This document shows positions 1 through 11,100 of a stretch of DNA of 36,871 nucleotides, piece after piece; the stretch's first letter is position 1; each line of letters opens with the position of its first letter. The position numbers were made by a program, and so were the translations under genes. This DNA comes from Guillardia theta CCMP2712 (lineage: Eukaryota; Protista; Cryptophyta), in contig NW_005434588.1 in assembly GCF_000315625.1 (NCBI RefSeq), forward strand, positions 185,151 through 222,021. Direction: 5' to 3'. Below the pieces are notes generated by a model. That model was not told the origin of the DNA. It saw only the letters and a list, made by a program, of their open reading frames with translations, and searched no databases.

Positions 1-1099
1 CCGGTGCTGGGGGATTTCTTCTTTGTCTTCAAGGTGACAATCACTGCAGCAACGAGTCCAACAGCCAAGAAAGAACCCCACACCATCATCAGCAGGCATG
101 TCTTGCTGGTATAAGTCTCCCAGTTCTCCAGGAACTCCTTCTTGAAGAGACTCAGCCGCTGGAAGAACGAGGTCCCCTCCTCCTGCTGCACCTCCTCGCA
201 CTCGTACTTGCAACCAGCATGTCAGTGCTCGACCTTGAAGGCCGCAATTGACCCAACAAGACAGTTCGTTCTCACCGCAACATACTTGTCCCTCATCGCA
301 TGCTCCCCCACAAACGACACCAACTCGTTCGGGCCCGAGGCCTGCGATACAGAACGGGGAGCCTCCTCGATCTCGCTGGAGGACAGGTGGGAGTGGGACG
401 GAGCGAAGCTGCGGGACCCTGACTGGGAGTGAAAGTCGTTGAAAGTCCAGACACCCGAGACTGACGCTCGGGAGGGGTCTTGGTTGTCCTGGGGAAGGCT
501 GAAGGAGATGATCTCGTCCCTTAGAGGGCTCTTGTTGGAGGAGATGGACTTCATCTCGATCGTTGCGGAGCTCAGCCCGCTCCGAGCTGACGGTGGCCTC
601 CCCCCTGCTGCTGATGCCTTGATAGCACGAAGTCAGAGCAGGAGAAGGTCAGAGCAAAAGGTCAGAGCAGAAGGAGGTCTGAGGACGAAGAGGACGAAGA
701 AGAGGACGACGAGGTGGAGGAAGAGGAGGGCGAGGAGGAGGACGTCTTTGGAGGAGAAGCAGGTCAGAGGAGGGACAGGACAGGGGAGGTGTGGCAGGGA
801 AAAGAGGAGTATGATTGAGCGGGAAGGTAGCAGGTTCGCACTTTGAGGACAGATGAAGAAGTTGAGCTCATGGCGCTCGCCGATTCCGGCGCTTTACTTC
901 TTGTGGTTGTGTGGGCAGGTGCTGCCAGATGATCAGGACGGCCGGCTGGTGCCTTGAAGGGATTATTCTTGATCTTTGCAGTTTTGCCGGCCCTGTTGTT
1001 TCTAGTTGACAACACGGTGATCAGCATTTGTTGAACACAACAAGGCCCACCTTGACGCCCTCGACGTCTTTGCCCTGGTAATCTCAGTGGTTTCGACAT
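1..1099 (-). CDS. Unknown single-pass membrane protein, runs off the left edge of the window; start uncertain (ATG at 1099 or 871)
   Basis: Two phase-0 introns (841..618 GTGCGA...AAG; 275..207 GTGAGA...AAG, each with a CTGAC branch) join MSSTSSSVLK / ASAAGGRPP...MKSISSNKSPLR...DKYVA / YECEEVQQ...TCLLMMVWGSFLAVGLVAAVIVTLKTKKK. The last part is a hydrophobic TM segment followed by a basic stop-transfer. Confidence 0.6.
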
Positions 1100-1514
1100 C
1101 AATCCCTGCAGAACAATCATACGGCAGCATGAAAGATTTGTGATGATCCAGTCAACCAGCTTCGCTCGTCGTCTTGTTGGCAGATGAAGTCTCTTCAACC
1201 TGCTGCCTCCTCTTCTCAAGGATCTTCGACAACTGACTGTCCATCACTCCAGAACGATGGAGCCACAACGCTCTGAAGCAGCATCATCAGAATCTCTGAT
1301 CCTCATCGCCATCGCTGCTGTTATCGTGATGATAATGACGCTCTTTCCTTGCCTACTCAGAGTTCTCCCTACCTTCCCTCCCTTTGCCTCCTGACAACAC
1401 CCTCACTCTTCTTTCTTATAGCCTTCTCATCCTCATCCTCGTCCTCCTCGTCCTCCTCGTCCTCCTCGTCCTCCTCGTCCTCACTCGTCCTCGTCCTCGT
1501 CCTCATCCTCCTCA

Positions 1515-1550
<36 letters not shown>

Positions 1551-1675
1551 TTCTGATCAACCATTCGTTTCCTTCCCCATCAAATTCGCAAAAAAGTCTT
1601 TCAAAGCAAACCAGATAGAACAAACAAAAATGTCTTTGTTGTATAAAAAAAAGCTTTTACACAAATTTCTTTTTT

Positions 1676-1895
1676 CCCGTGCCCGGCGGGCCGGCCGCCG
1701 GGCGGCGCGACTCGGGTGAACTCACTCCCCTCGACTATTCTGATTGTCCTTCGATTCAAGGCTAATAACTGTCGCAGCTAAGGAGATCAGTGTTCCAGGC
1801 TGGCCACGGCCCCTACTGACTCAGTGAGCACCCCGGCACGGCCCCGGCGATAGGCAGTGGGCCGGCACTGACACTGCGGCACTGAGCAGGGCACT
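1676..1895. promoter_or_regulatory. GC-rich CCGG/GGCC/GACTC island in a divergent promoter region
   Basis: gcccggcgggccggccgccgggcggcgcgactc..., ctgactcagtg and gggccggcactg lie between a minus-strand gene and PSMD9, preceded by A/T tracts at about 1590-1675. Confidence 0.5.
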
Positions 1896-1938
1896 GAGTT
1901 GATTGCAATGGACTGAGGGGGGATGTGGTAGCACAAGC

Positions 1939-3391
1939 ATGGCGAACGACGAGGAGGAGCTGCAGAAGCTTTTTGCGCTGCAGGTGAGCGCCATGGCAGG
2001 CGATGCCGAGGATGGAGACAATGCATGCAGAAGGATGCTGCAGACAATGCTCGGGCTCGACGAGCTTGTCTCATGATGCTCTTGCAGCGGGACGCGGTTG
2101 CTCTCAAACTCTGACGAAGTAAGACCAGGACAAGGCAAGGGCCATCGAGTCTGAGATTGCGCAGCTGATCGATGTAAAACTTCTCCTCCTACTGCGTCTG
2201 TTGCTAGATGCGCGACTCACGCTGCATGAAGGTCTTGGACAACATGCCGGGCAAACCTGGTCTCAACGGTCGATTGGTGGACAAGGAAGGATTTCCCCGC
2301 GCTGACGTGGACGTTCACACGGCCAGGATACATCGCAACCGCATCGCATGTGAGGACATGGCACGGGGAAGGTCCTGTCCTGACGATGCTCCACCAAGGC
2401 CTACAGACAGATCACAAGTCGATCATGCAGCAAGTCGAGAAAGGCCTGTTTGAGCATCATTCGTAAGGACTCGTTGGGTGGGAGGAGGAGGAAGCTTGAC
2501 TCGTGATCGCAGGAGAGTGAAGGAGGGGAGAATCGCGCCGAGACACTCGGCTCCCATCGACTCAGCGGCGTCTCATCGCTATGCTGCGGTGGTGAAAGTC
2601 TCTCGTCGATACCGTCATGGCTGAGGGTTGTTTGGCAGGCGCCAGTCCTGGAGACTCAAAAGCCTCTCCGTCCCTTCGCTGTAAAACCTCCCTCACGCCT
2701 GCTCCTGGTGCTTCTTCAGAGGATGACCAGTCTGGCAGGTCGTGGACGAAGTCTCCTCGGATTCTCCAGCTCAGACTGCTGGACTTCAGGTGGGTGGAGA
2801 GGTGTACGGTAGAGCTGAGAGGGAGGACGAGTGTCGGCAATGTGTGAAGAGGATGGGTGTCTCGGCAGCACCGACTCATCATCAGCCTTCTACTCCTCCT
2901 TCTCGTCCTCGTCCTCGTCCTCGTCCTCCTCCTCGTCCTCCTCCTCCTCGTCCTCCCCCCCCTCCTCCCCCTCCACCTCCTCCCCCTCCCCCTCCTCCCC
3001 CTCCTCCTCTTCCGCCTCCTTTATTAGGCTCCTGCTTGCTCCATCTGAGACTTTCCTCGGAGGTCGGGGACAGAGTTCTGGCCATCGGGGATGTAGAATG
3101 GACTGCCATCTCCAGACAGGTTTCTTTCCTCCCTCTCCTGCGGCCCTCTAGGAGCTGACTCCCACCCCAGGGGATGCAAGCCCTTGCAGCGGCGGTGCAG
3201 GAGAGCAAGGATCGAGACATGGCGGTGCCCGCAGACGCTTGCGGGGGGTCGGGGACGCCTGACCCTGTTGACTGCAGGTCGTCGTGATGAGGGAGGGAGA
3301 AGCGAGGACGACGGAGCTGACGCTGAGGCCTCAAGTCTGGAGTGGACGAGGCCTGCTGGGGTGCCATCTCAACCCGCTGCCCCTCTCATAA
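1939..3391 (+). CDS. PSMD9: 26S proteasome non-ATPase regulatory subunit 9 (p27/Nas2), Nas2_N + PDZ; multi-exon
   Basis: Spliced translation MANDEEELQKLFALQ / DKARAIESEIAQLID / VLDNMPGKPGLNGRLVDKEGFPRADVDVHTARIHRNRIAC / LQTDHKSIMQQVEKGL ... PLRPFA / VVDEVSSDSPAQTAGLQ / VGDRVLAIG ... LRPQVWSGRGLLGCHLNPL. LVDxEGFPRxD and WxGRGLLGC are Nas2/PSMD9 signatures. GT-AG introns, e.g. 1984-2128, 2174-2231, 2350-2398. Confidence 0.95.
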
Positions 3392-3532
3392 TTCCTTGAC
3401 GCACTGAATGAACTTTCAATAACAGTCAGGAGGTGCAGGGAAGGGAGAGGGTCCGGAGGGGGTTCGGGTTGATGAACAGGCAGGTTGCGATTGGAAGGAT
3501 CAAGGCGATCACGATGACAATAGTGGAGTGGA

Positions 3533-3537
3533 GAGGG

Positions 3538-3600
<63 letters not shown>

Positions 3601-3668
3601 TGAGGACGAGGTCGAGGAAGAGGAAGAGGAAGAGGAAGAGGAAGAGGAAGAGGAAGAAGAAGAGGAGC
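3533..3668. repeat. (GAGGAC)n/(GAGGAA)n simple repeat
   Basis: Direct reading of tandem hexamers. Confidence 0.9.
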
Positions 3669-4178
3669 TAGGGTGCAAATCGTGCTGTCGTAGTTTCCCC
3701 GACAGTCTTTCCAATTGTACCCGTGATCAAAGCTACCCCACCCTAGTCTATCCTTGCAATTGTTTTTTAAGCAGGGGTGTTATATTGCACCCTACCCCCT
3801 ATCAGAACCAGAAAATCCNNNNNNNNNNNNNNNNNNNNNNNNNNNNNNNNNNNNNNNNNNNNNNNNNNNNNNNNNNNNNNNNNNNNNNNNNNNNNNNNNN
3901 NNNNNNNNNNNNNNNNNNCTCCTCCTCCTCCTCCTCCCTCCCCTCCCCTCCCCTCCCCTCCCTCCCTCCTCCTCCCCTCCCCCCCCCCCCCCCTTTCCTC
4001 CTCCTCCTCCCCATCATCATCCCCTTCTCCTCATCCTCCCCTCCCCTCCCCTTCACCATCCATGTTATCCACAACGAACCAACATGCACAGATGTTGATA
4101 TTGAACAAGACATCATAAACAAGCTCCAAGTGACGACTGAGGCCTCTATGGAAGTGCTGACAGAGCTCTCTCGTATCC

Positions 4179-5547
4179 ATGTCAAGATCCCTCTGGCATG
4201 ATGGCATCTCCTTGAACCTTCTTGCCGCTCTCCTCCTCTCCATCTCCTCCCACCATGTCGAGAGTCTTCAGACTGAGTCGCAAGCATCACAACATGGAGC
4301 TGACTGCCAGCTCAGTGCTGACAAGGTCAAGATCCTGCATCCAAGACCCGGCAGTCACATCAACGGCTCCGTACTGGTCAAGATCTGCAACCCGTACCAT
4401 GACGGCCACCACGGCCTGCTCATGCCTTCCCTGACAGTCTATGGGGAGACAGTGAAGCTGGGCGTGCTCGTTGACGGCAGGGAGTTTGACCTCGAGGGTC
4501 ACATCCTGTCGCTAGGAGGAGGATCAGCGAGAGATGGGGATGGGCAAGGCGCTGGATGCGGAGGAGCGAGATGGTCGTGGGGACGGGAGCTCTGCTTCCG
4601 TTTGCTGCTGGATGGAGGGCCGCACGAGGTGACGGTGGAGGTGAAGAGATTTGGGACCCTGGCCTACCGCGTGTCCTCCTCTTTCACTGTAGGGGAGGGA
4701 GCAGAGAAGGAGGAGGAGAAGGAGGAGGAGGCTGCGGCTGTGGAGCTTGTGGCGAGGACATGCAGACATCAGAGGCATCTGCACAGCATGGCGGAAGGAG
4801 GGCAGCTGACTGTTGCTTCGATGAAGTACAACTCCTCCTCCTTCTTCGAGCTTGTCGCTTGTTCCCTGCTGATCCCGACGCTGGTCCTGGTGATGCCGAT
4901 GCAGGTGCAAGAACAAGATGAGAAGGTAGGACAGTGGTTAGAGTTGCCTTGCTGACGACTTGCGTTCCAGTCATACCAAACTTTCCTCAAGGTTGCAAAC
5001 ACGTCTCGATCTATGAAGCTGCTGCTTTCCTTTGCTGTGTTGGAGGGCGTCGAGGTGAAGAGATGGGAAGAGATGGAAGGATTGACGTCAGCGGGAGTAG
5101 GTCAGGCTGCAGGAGATGAAGTGGATGGAAGACGATGAGCCTGTTGTCTTGAGCTTGTACAGCGTCAACGATGAGATTGAAGGGATGCAGTTGTACGTGG
5201 CAAGAGGTGAGAGGAAAGGAGAGGGGAGGACAGGAGGAGGGGAGAGGAGGGGAGCATGAGGACGAGGAAGAGGAGAATGTGGTGGAGGGGAGAGGAAGGG
5301 AGGGGAGCAAGTTTGTGGATCTGACGATGCTAATGCATGCAGATCTACAAGAAAGGAGTCTGACGTCTCTAGTCCATCACTTTGCCTCTACCTACATCCC
5401 CTTCAAGTCTTCTCTCCATGTCCGGCGCTACCTCAGACACCCCTGGTGCTCCTCCCCTGCGGTGCCGCAGGAGGAGCTTCGCATGAGCAGAAGATGCCTG
5501 CACGGAGCCATAATCGAGCTCTCTCCTTCTCTACCTCCTCCTCGCAG
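4179..5547 (+). CDS. Putative secreted or Golgi protein with N-terminal signal/anchor; later exons weakly glycosyltransferase-like (GT61-like); continues into gaps
   Basis: 258-aa ORF with a hydrophobic N-terminus (ISLNLLAALLLSISSHHVES) and a beta-rich segment (KVKILHPRPGSHINGSVLVKI...GPHEVTVEV). Later exon SLVHHFASTYIPF...PPPR ends at a GT donor (5548). The family call is only a resemblance. Confidence 0.5.
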
Positions 5548-5561
5548 GTATCAGATCTCCT

Positions 5562-5896
5562 GCTGGTGCTGGTGCTGGTGCTGGTGCTGGTGCTGGTGCT
5601 GGTGCTGGTGCTGGTGCTGGTGCTGGTGCTGGTGCTGGTGCTGGTGCTGGTGNNNNNNNNNNNNNNNNNNNNNNNNNNNNNNNNNNNNNNNNNNNNNNNN
5701 NNNNNNNNNNNNNNNNNNNNNNNNNNNNNNNNNNNNNNNNNNNNNNNNNNNNGGTGCTGGTGCTGGTGCTGGTGCTGGTGCTGGTGCTGGTGCTGGTGCT
5801 GGTGCTGGTGCTGGTGCTGGTGCTGGTGCTGGTGCTGGTGCTGGTGCTGGTGCTGGTGCTGGTGCTGGTGCTGCTGCTGGTGCTGGTGCTGGTGCT
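5562..5896. repeat. (GGTGCT)n hexamer microsatellite, intronic, interrupted by a 100-N gap
   Basis: Perfect tandem GGTGCT on both sides of gap 5653-5752. Confidence 0.95.
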
Positions 5897-6782
5897 GCTT
5901 GCCTTCACTTCATCATCTCGCCTGATCTTCTCTGACGTTCACCTCGCNNNNNNNNNNNNNNNNNNNNNNNNNNNNNNNNNNNNNNNNNNNNNNNNNNNNN
6001 NNNNNNNNNNNNNNNNNNNNNNNNNNNNNNNNNNNNNNNNNNNNNNNNNNNNNNNNNNNNNNNNNNNNNNNNNNNNNNNNNNNNNNNNNNNNNNNNNNNN
6101 NNNNNNNNNNNNNNNNNNNNNNNNNNNNNNNNNNNNNNNNNNNNNNNNNNNNNNNNNNNNNNNNNNNNNNNNNNNNNNNNNNNNNNNNNNNNNNNNNNNN
6201 NNNNNNNNNNNNNNNNNNNNNNNNNNNNNNNNNNNNNNNNNNNNNNNNNNNNNNNNNNNNNNNNNNNNNNNNNNNNNNNNNNNNNNNNNNNNNNNNNNNN
6301 NNNNNNNNNNNNNNNNNNNNNNNNNNNNNNNNNNNNNNNNNNNNNNNNNNNNNNNNNNNNNNNNNNNNNNNNNNNNNNNNNNNNNNNNNNNNNNNNNNNN
6401 NNNNNNNNNNNNNNNNNNNNNNNNNNNNNNNNNNNNNNNNNNNNNNNNNNNNNNNNNNNNNNNNNNNNNNNNNNNNNNNNNNNNNNNNNNNNNNNNNNNN
6501 NNNNNNNNNNNNNNNNNNNNNNNNNNNNNNNNNNNNNNNNNNNNNNNNNNNNNNNNNNNNNNNNNNNNNNNNNNNNNNNNNNNNNNNNNNNNNNNNNNNN
6601 NNNNNNNNNNNNNNNNNNNNNNNNNNNNNNNNNNNNNNNNNNNNNNNNNNNNNNNNNNNNNNNNNNNNNNNNNNNNNNNNNNNNNNNNNNNNNNNNNNNN
6701 NNNNNNNNNNNNNNNNNNNNNNNNNNNNNNNNNNNNNNNNNNNNNNNNNNNNNNNNNNNNNNNNNNNNNNNNNNNNNNNNNN

Positions 6783-7928
6783 CTACGATCATCCGAAGCT
6801 TCAAAGTCTGACGGTGGAAGAGTATGAAGTAAGGAGAAGGATGTGATGATAGAGACATGACTGATATGAATCCGACGTGATGGTGATACGATTTTGATAG
6901 ATGTATATGACATGATATGATATGATATGATATGATATGATATGACATGATATGACATGACATGACATGATATGATATGATATGATATGACATGATATGA
7001 CATGACATGACATGATATGATATGATATGACATGATATGACATGACATGACATGATATGACATGATGACATGACATGACATGATATGATATGATATGATA
7101 TGAAATGATGACATGACATGACATGACATGATATGATATGACATGACATGATATGATATGATATGATATGGTGTGACATGACATGACATGACATGACATG
7201 ACATGACATGACATGACATGACATGACATGACATGACATGACATGATATGATATGATATGATATGATATGATATGATGTGATATGATGTGATATGATATG
7301 ATATGATATGACATGACATTTCATGTTTCAGAAATCGCAGCAGACGTTTGACGTGGCCTTTGCCATATCGACTTTTGAGCATGATGGTCTTGGTCGTTAT
7401 GGGGACCTGGTAAGGACGAGGAAGAGAATTCGACGACGGTGATGACGGCATGCAAGCTTGATCCTGACGCAGACATCAAGTCGATGAAGAGGATGAAGGT
7501 TTGTGTGACATATCTCGACGTTGTTGTTGTTGACATGCTGAAAGGCTGTGCTGAAGAAGAATGGAATTCTTCTCCTCGCTGTCCCTGTCGGTCAAGACAC
7601 GGTTAGGTGGAACATGCACAGGTAGTTTAAAACGTGTCGACCATGTTCGATCATACTCGATCTTGTTCCATGTTGTCACTTGTTGCCTGCAGGATATACG
7701 GAGAGTCAAGGTTGCCTCTCCTTCTGAAAGGGTACACGTGCTCTGCTCTCTCGGACATGCTCTGTTCTTGGTGAGTTGCTGCAGATGGCGGGTGATCGCT
7801 ACGTTCGGCTTCCATCACATCCTCTTCCAGCTTCAAGACCCGCTGGTTCATTATCAGCCGGTCCGTCGCGGGAGTGACTTGCTGGGTGGATGACGTGCGT
7901 TCAGGTGTTCGTGCTGGGGAACGAGTAG
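6783..7928 (+). CDS. DUF268 (class I SAM-methyltransferase-like) domain, 3' exons; 5' part lies in the gap
   Basis: Spliced: YDHPKLQSLTVEEYE / KSQQTFDVAFAISTFEHDGLGRYGDL / LDPDADIKSMKRMK / AVLKKNGILLLAVPVGQDTVRWNMHR / IYGESRLPLLLKG / WRVIATFG...HYQP / VFVLGNE*. The S-x-x-EHxGLGRYGD, DPxxD, PxGxD, NxHRIYG and QP motifs are characteristic of DUF268. Not visible in the ORF track because the exons are short. Confidence 0.85.
6906..7320. repeat. (CATGA/TATGA)n pentamer satellite inside intron 6829-7331
   Basis: About 80 tandem pentamers differing almost only at one C/T position. Confidence 0.95.
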
Positions 7929-8132
7929 CCCATGTTCAATCTGTTAATATGTACAAGACAACAATGAAAACATTGATCACGACCAAGGGGGGATAGGGAG
8001 ATGACGAGGAGGAGGAGGAAGGGGGGAGGGGAGAGGAGGAGGAGGAGGAGGAGGAGGAGGAGAGAAGGAGGAGAAGGATGGAGAGTAGGAGGATCGCGAG
8101 GAGGCAGTAGAGGGGATGAGACGATCTCAAGT

Positions 8133-11100
8133 TCACATGGGAGCATGTAGACCGATCTCCTCTCCCACCTTCTCCAGCAGAGTCTTGGCCATGGCCCTGA
8201 TTTCTCTCTGCAGATCCAAGTCAAGGAGAGTAGAGGCAAGCGAAGCAACGCACGTTGGAGGAAAGGATACACTTGCACAGGGTGGAGTAGAGGAGGAGGA
8301 GGTGTCCGGTCTGCGAGCTCCGATCGTGCAGCCGACTAGATCGCTTCCTCAGGGCCTTTTCCTCCTCTTCGGTTCTTGCCGGGAGCTCGTCCATGGCGTA
8401 ACTCCTAGGGGGCTACAGGAGCGTGAGGAGGAGTAGCAGAAGGAGAGGAAGAAGTTGGGGAGACAAGGATCAGAGCAGCGACGAGGAGAGCAACGAGATT
8501 GAGAGCGAGGATTAGGAGAAGAATGAGGAGGAGCAGAAAGATGATGACGATCATGATGGTGGTGATGATGATGATGATGAGGAGGAGGAGGAGAAGGAGA
8601 AGGAGGAGGAGGAGGAGGAGGAGGAGGAGGAGGAGAAGGAGAAGGAGAAGGAGAAGGAGGAGGAGAAAAGGAGGAGGAGGAGGAGGAGGAGGAGGATGGT
8701 TCCTTATCACCTCAAGCTCTTCCACGAGGAGATCGAAGCATGATGGTGAGAGTCGCAGACTCTCCAAGCTCTGATGGCAAAACGAGAGGAAGTCGAAGGA
8801 GGAGAAGCGGGAGGTAACGACAAGAGTACAGGATTGGATGGAGGATACAGGGAAAGAAGGAAAACAAGAACACGTCAGGACGAGCAACACAGCAGCAACT
8901 GTTGTAACCTTGATAGAGGAGATCGCGAGCTCCAGCCAAGACTTGTCGGGGGGCTCGGGGACAGAGGAGCCCAAGTTAGCATGCATCTCAAGGACGGTCC
9001 GAATGCGCTCAATGACGATCTGCTCTCATGTCAACGTCTCCGCTCCTCTGTGACCTCCTCTCCTCTCCCCAGCTCTCCTCTCCCCAGCTCTGCTGTTCAC
9101 CCCACTCCTCTTTCTCTGCTCGGCTCTTCCTCTTCCCCCTCCTCCTTTTCAGCTCCTTCCCCGCTCCTCCTCTTCTATCGATGCTGTAACCCCCCCCCTT
9201 CTGCCTTCTTTCCTCTCCTCCTCCCTCAGCTCACCTTGGCCGCAAAGTCAACCTTGTCAGCCTGAACTCCAGCTGCTGGGCTCCAGCTTGCGAGTGTCAT
9301 CAGCTCCTGACAACAGGGGGTCAGCCAAGGGAGCAGGTGGGAAAGGCAGGTGGGAAAGGCCGACCTGGAGTGCCCGCCTGCTCAAGGCGCTTCTCTTGAC
9401 ACGGAGCGGGAGCTCGAGAGCAGCTTGCTTGCAGCTGTCCTCCAGGATGGCGTCGAAAATTCTGAGGACGTCAACGTGCATGTCGATGCGGCTGGCAAGG
9501 GGCGCGAGGATGGAGGAGACGATCCGCATCATCATCCCGTCAACCTCGTCCAGCTCGAAAGTTTGCGCGTCCTTGGCATGCGCAGCTGGAGTGGTGAGGA
9601 CTGTGCTGAACCCGTCTACGATGTTGTGCCATACTTGGCTCTTGTCCTCCTCGGAAATGCCCGAGGCCGTCTGAATGATCGGCATGCCTGCCTTGAGGAC
9701 CCTCTCTAGGGACGTGACTATGTCGTTCCATGGGACAGCAGCCTGGCTGGAGGACCTGGAACAGACGCAGACAAGGAAAGTGACTACGATCCTCTCGAAC
9801 AGATTTGTCTGCACGACGACAGCAGCCTCGTCGCAGAACAGCTCAGCGAGCAGCTGGCTGGCGGCACTGATCTCCTCCTTCGACCTGTGATCGGTCATGC
9901 TTGACGTACATGAGCAACAGCCTTCACCTTGCTGGTCGTTGAGCGAACGTGTAGTTGAGGTTAACAGTCCACTCATACGACCTCTCGTCTCCGGGAAGCA
10001 AGCAGAGGAGGGAGGAGACGAGCTCGTGCCATAGGGTCACTTGCTCGATGACCTCCCTTCCTCCCAGGAGTTTCGCCATCCTCTTGTAATGGCTCACGAC
10101 CTCCTTTTCCTCCGCCTTCTCTTGCGAGACGATCACGCCGAGGATGTGGATGAGTCGGGCAATCGTCTCTGAGTGAGAGAACCCCGTCAGCGACCGAGCG
10201 AATAGAGGGGAGGTGAGTTCACCATGACCGACTAACTGAGGGGACAAAGTGATGGCATCGTCGACGAGGTCGAACATTTCGTCGGTGATTTCCCACACAA
10301 CTCCCGTCTTGTGGAGCTTCTTAGCGCAAGACTTCTTCACCTGGGATTCGAAGCATTCCCAGAGAGAATCCCACATGCTCCTGACATGTTTGCGTCAGAC
10401 GTCGAGCCATGAACATTGATTCTTGGGATGAGATCCAAACGGTTGTCAATGTTGCGATTTACCTTGGGAAGGTCTTGCTCATACTCTTGACCATGATTGA
10501 GATAGAGCATACAGCAGACCGGATGATCAACTCGCTTCTGCACTCAAACGCAAACACTAGGCGAGAGATGAAAGTTTTCCAGGTCTCATCAACATCGTCG
10601 GGCAAGGTCCCCTGATGTTCAAGGTGCAGGGTGAAGAGCAACTGGATCAGTTTGCACGCTCCGTCGAAGACTGCCAAGGTGAAGTCAGACAGGAACGTAG
10701 GGAGAAAGCTGAGGAGAGAAACATGAAAAGGAGGAGCAGGAAAAGGAGGAAGAGGAAAATGGGGAGGTTGGAGGACGAGAAACTGAAGGCTCCCATCAAT
10801 CTCCACATGAATTCACCTGTCAACCAAGTGCTCAGCCACTGCTGGGTCGATTTCGATCCCTCCGCAACGGCTTCGAAGGTTGTTTGTTCGATCTGCTCCA
10901 TGTAGGGGAAGATGAACGATTGTATCACTATCCCCATCTTGTCGTGGAACTGCTGTTTGACTCGCTCGTCCTCGAGAAGCATATCCAGCAGGACCTTAAC
11001 AGATTCGTTCCTCACCTGTTGCAAAGAGGTTCCATCAACCAACATGTATGAATGCACAAGAATACGAGTATCATATCATCGCCAAGCTATCATATCATCA

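Noticed and set aside
4060-4201. Protein-like frame HNEPTCTDVDIEQDIINKLQ...IPLA*
   Set aside because: No supported start or acceptor, and it overlaps the next ATG; unresolved next to a gap.
5531-7451. Long ORFs such as poly-LV, poly-WC and SYHII/SCHVM
   Set aside because: They are translations of microsatellites and N-gaps inside introns.
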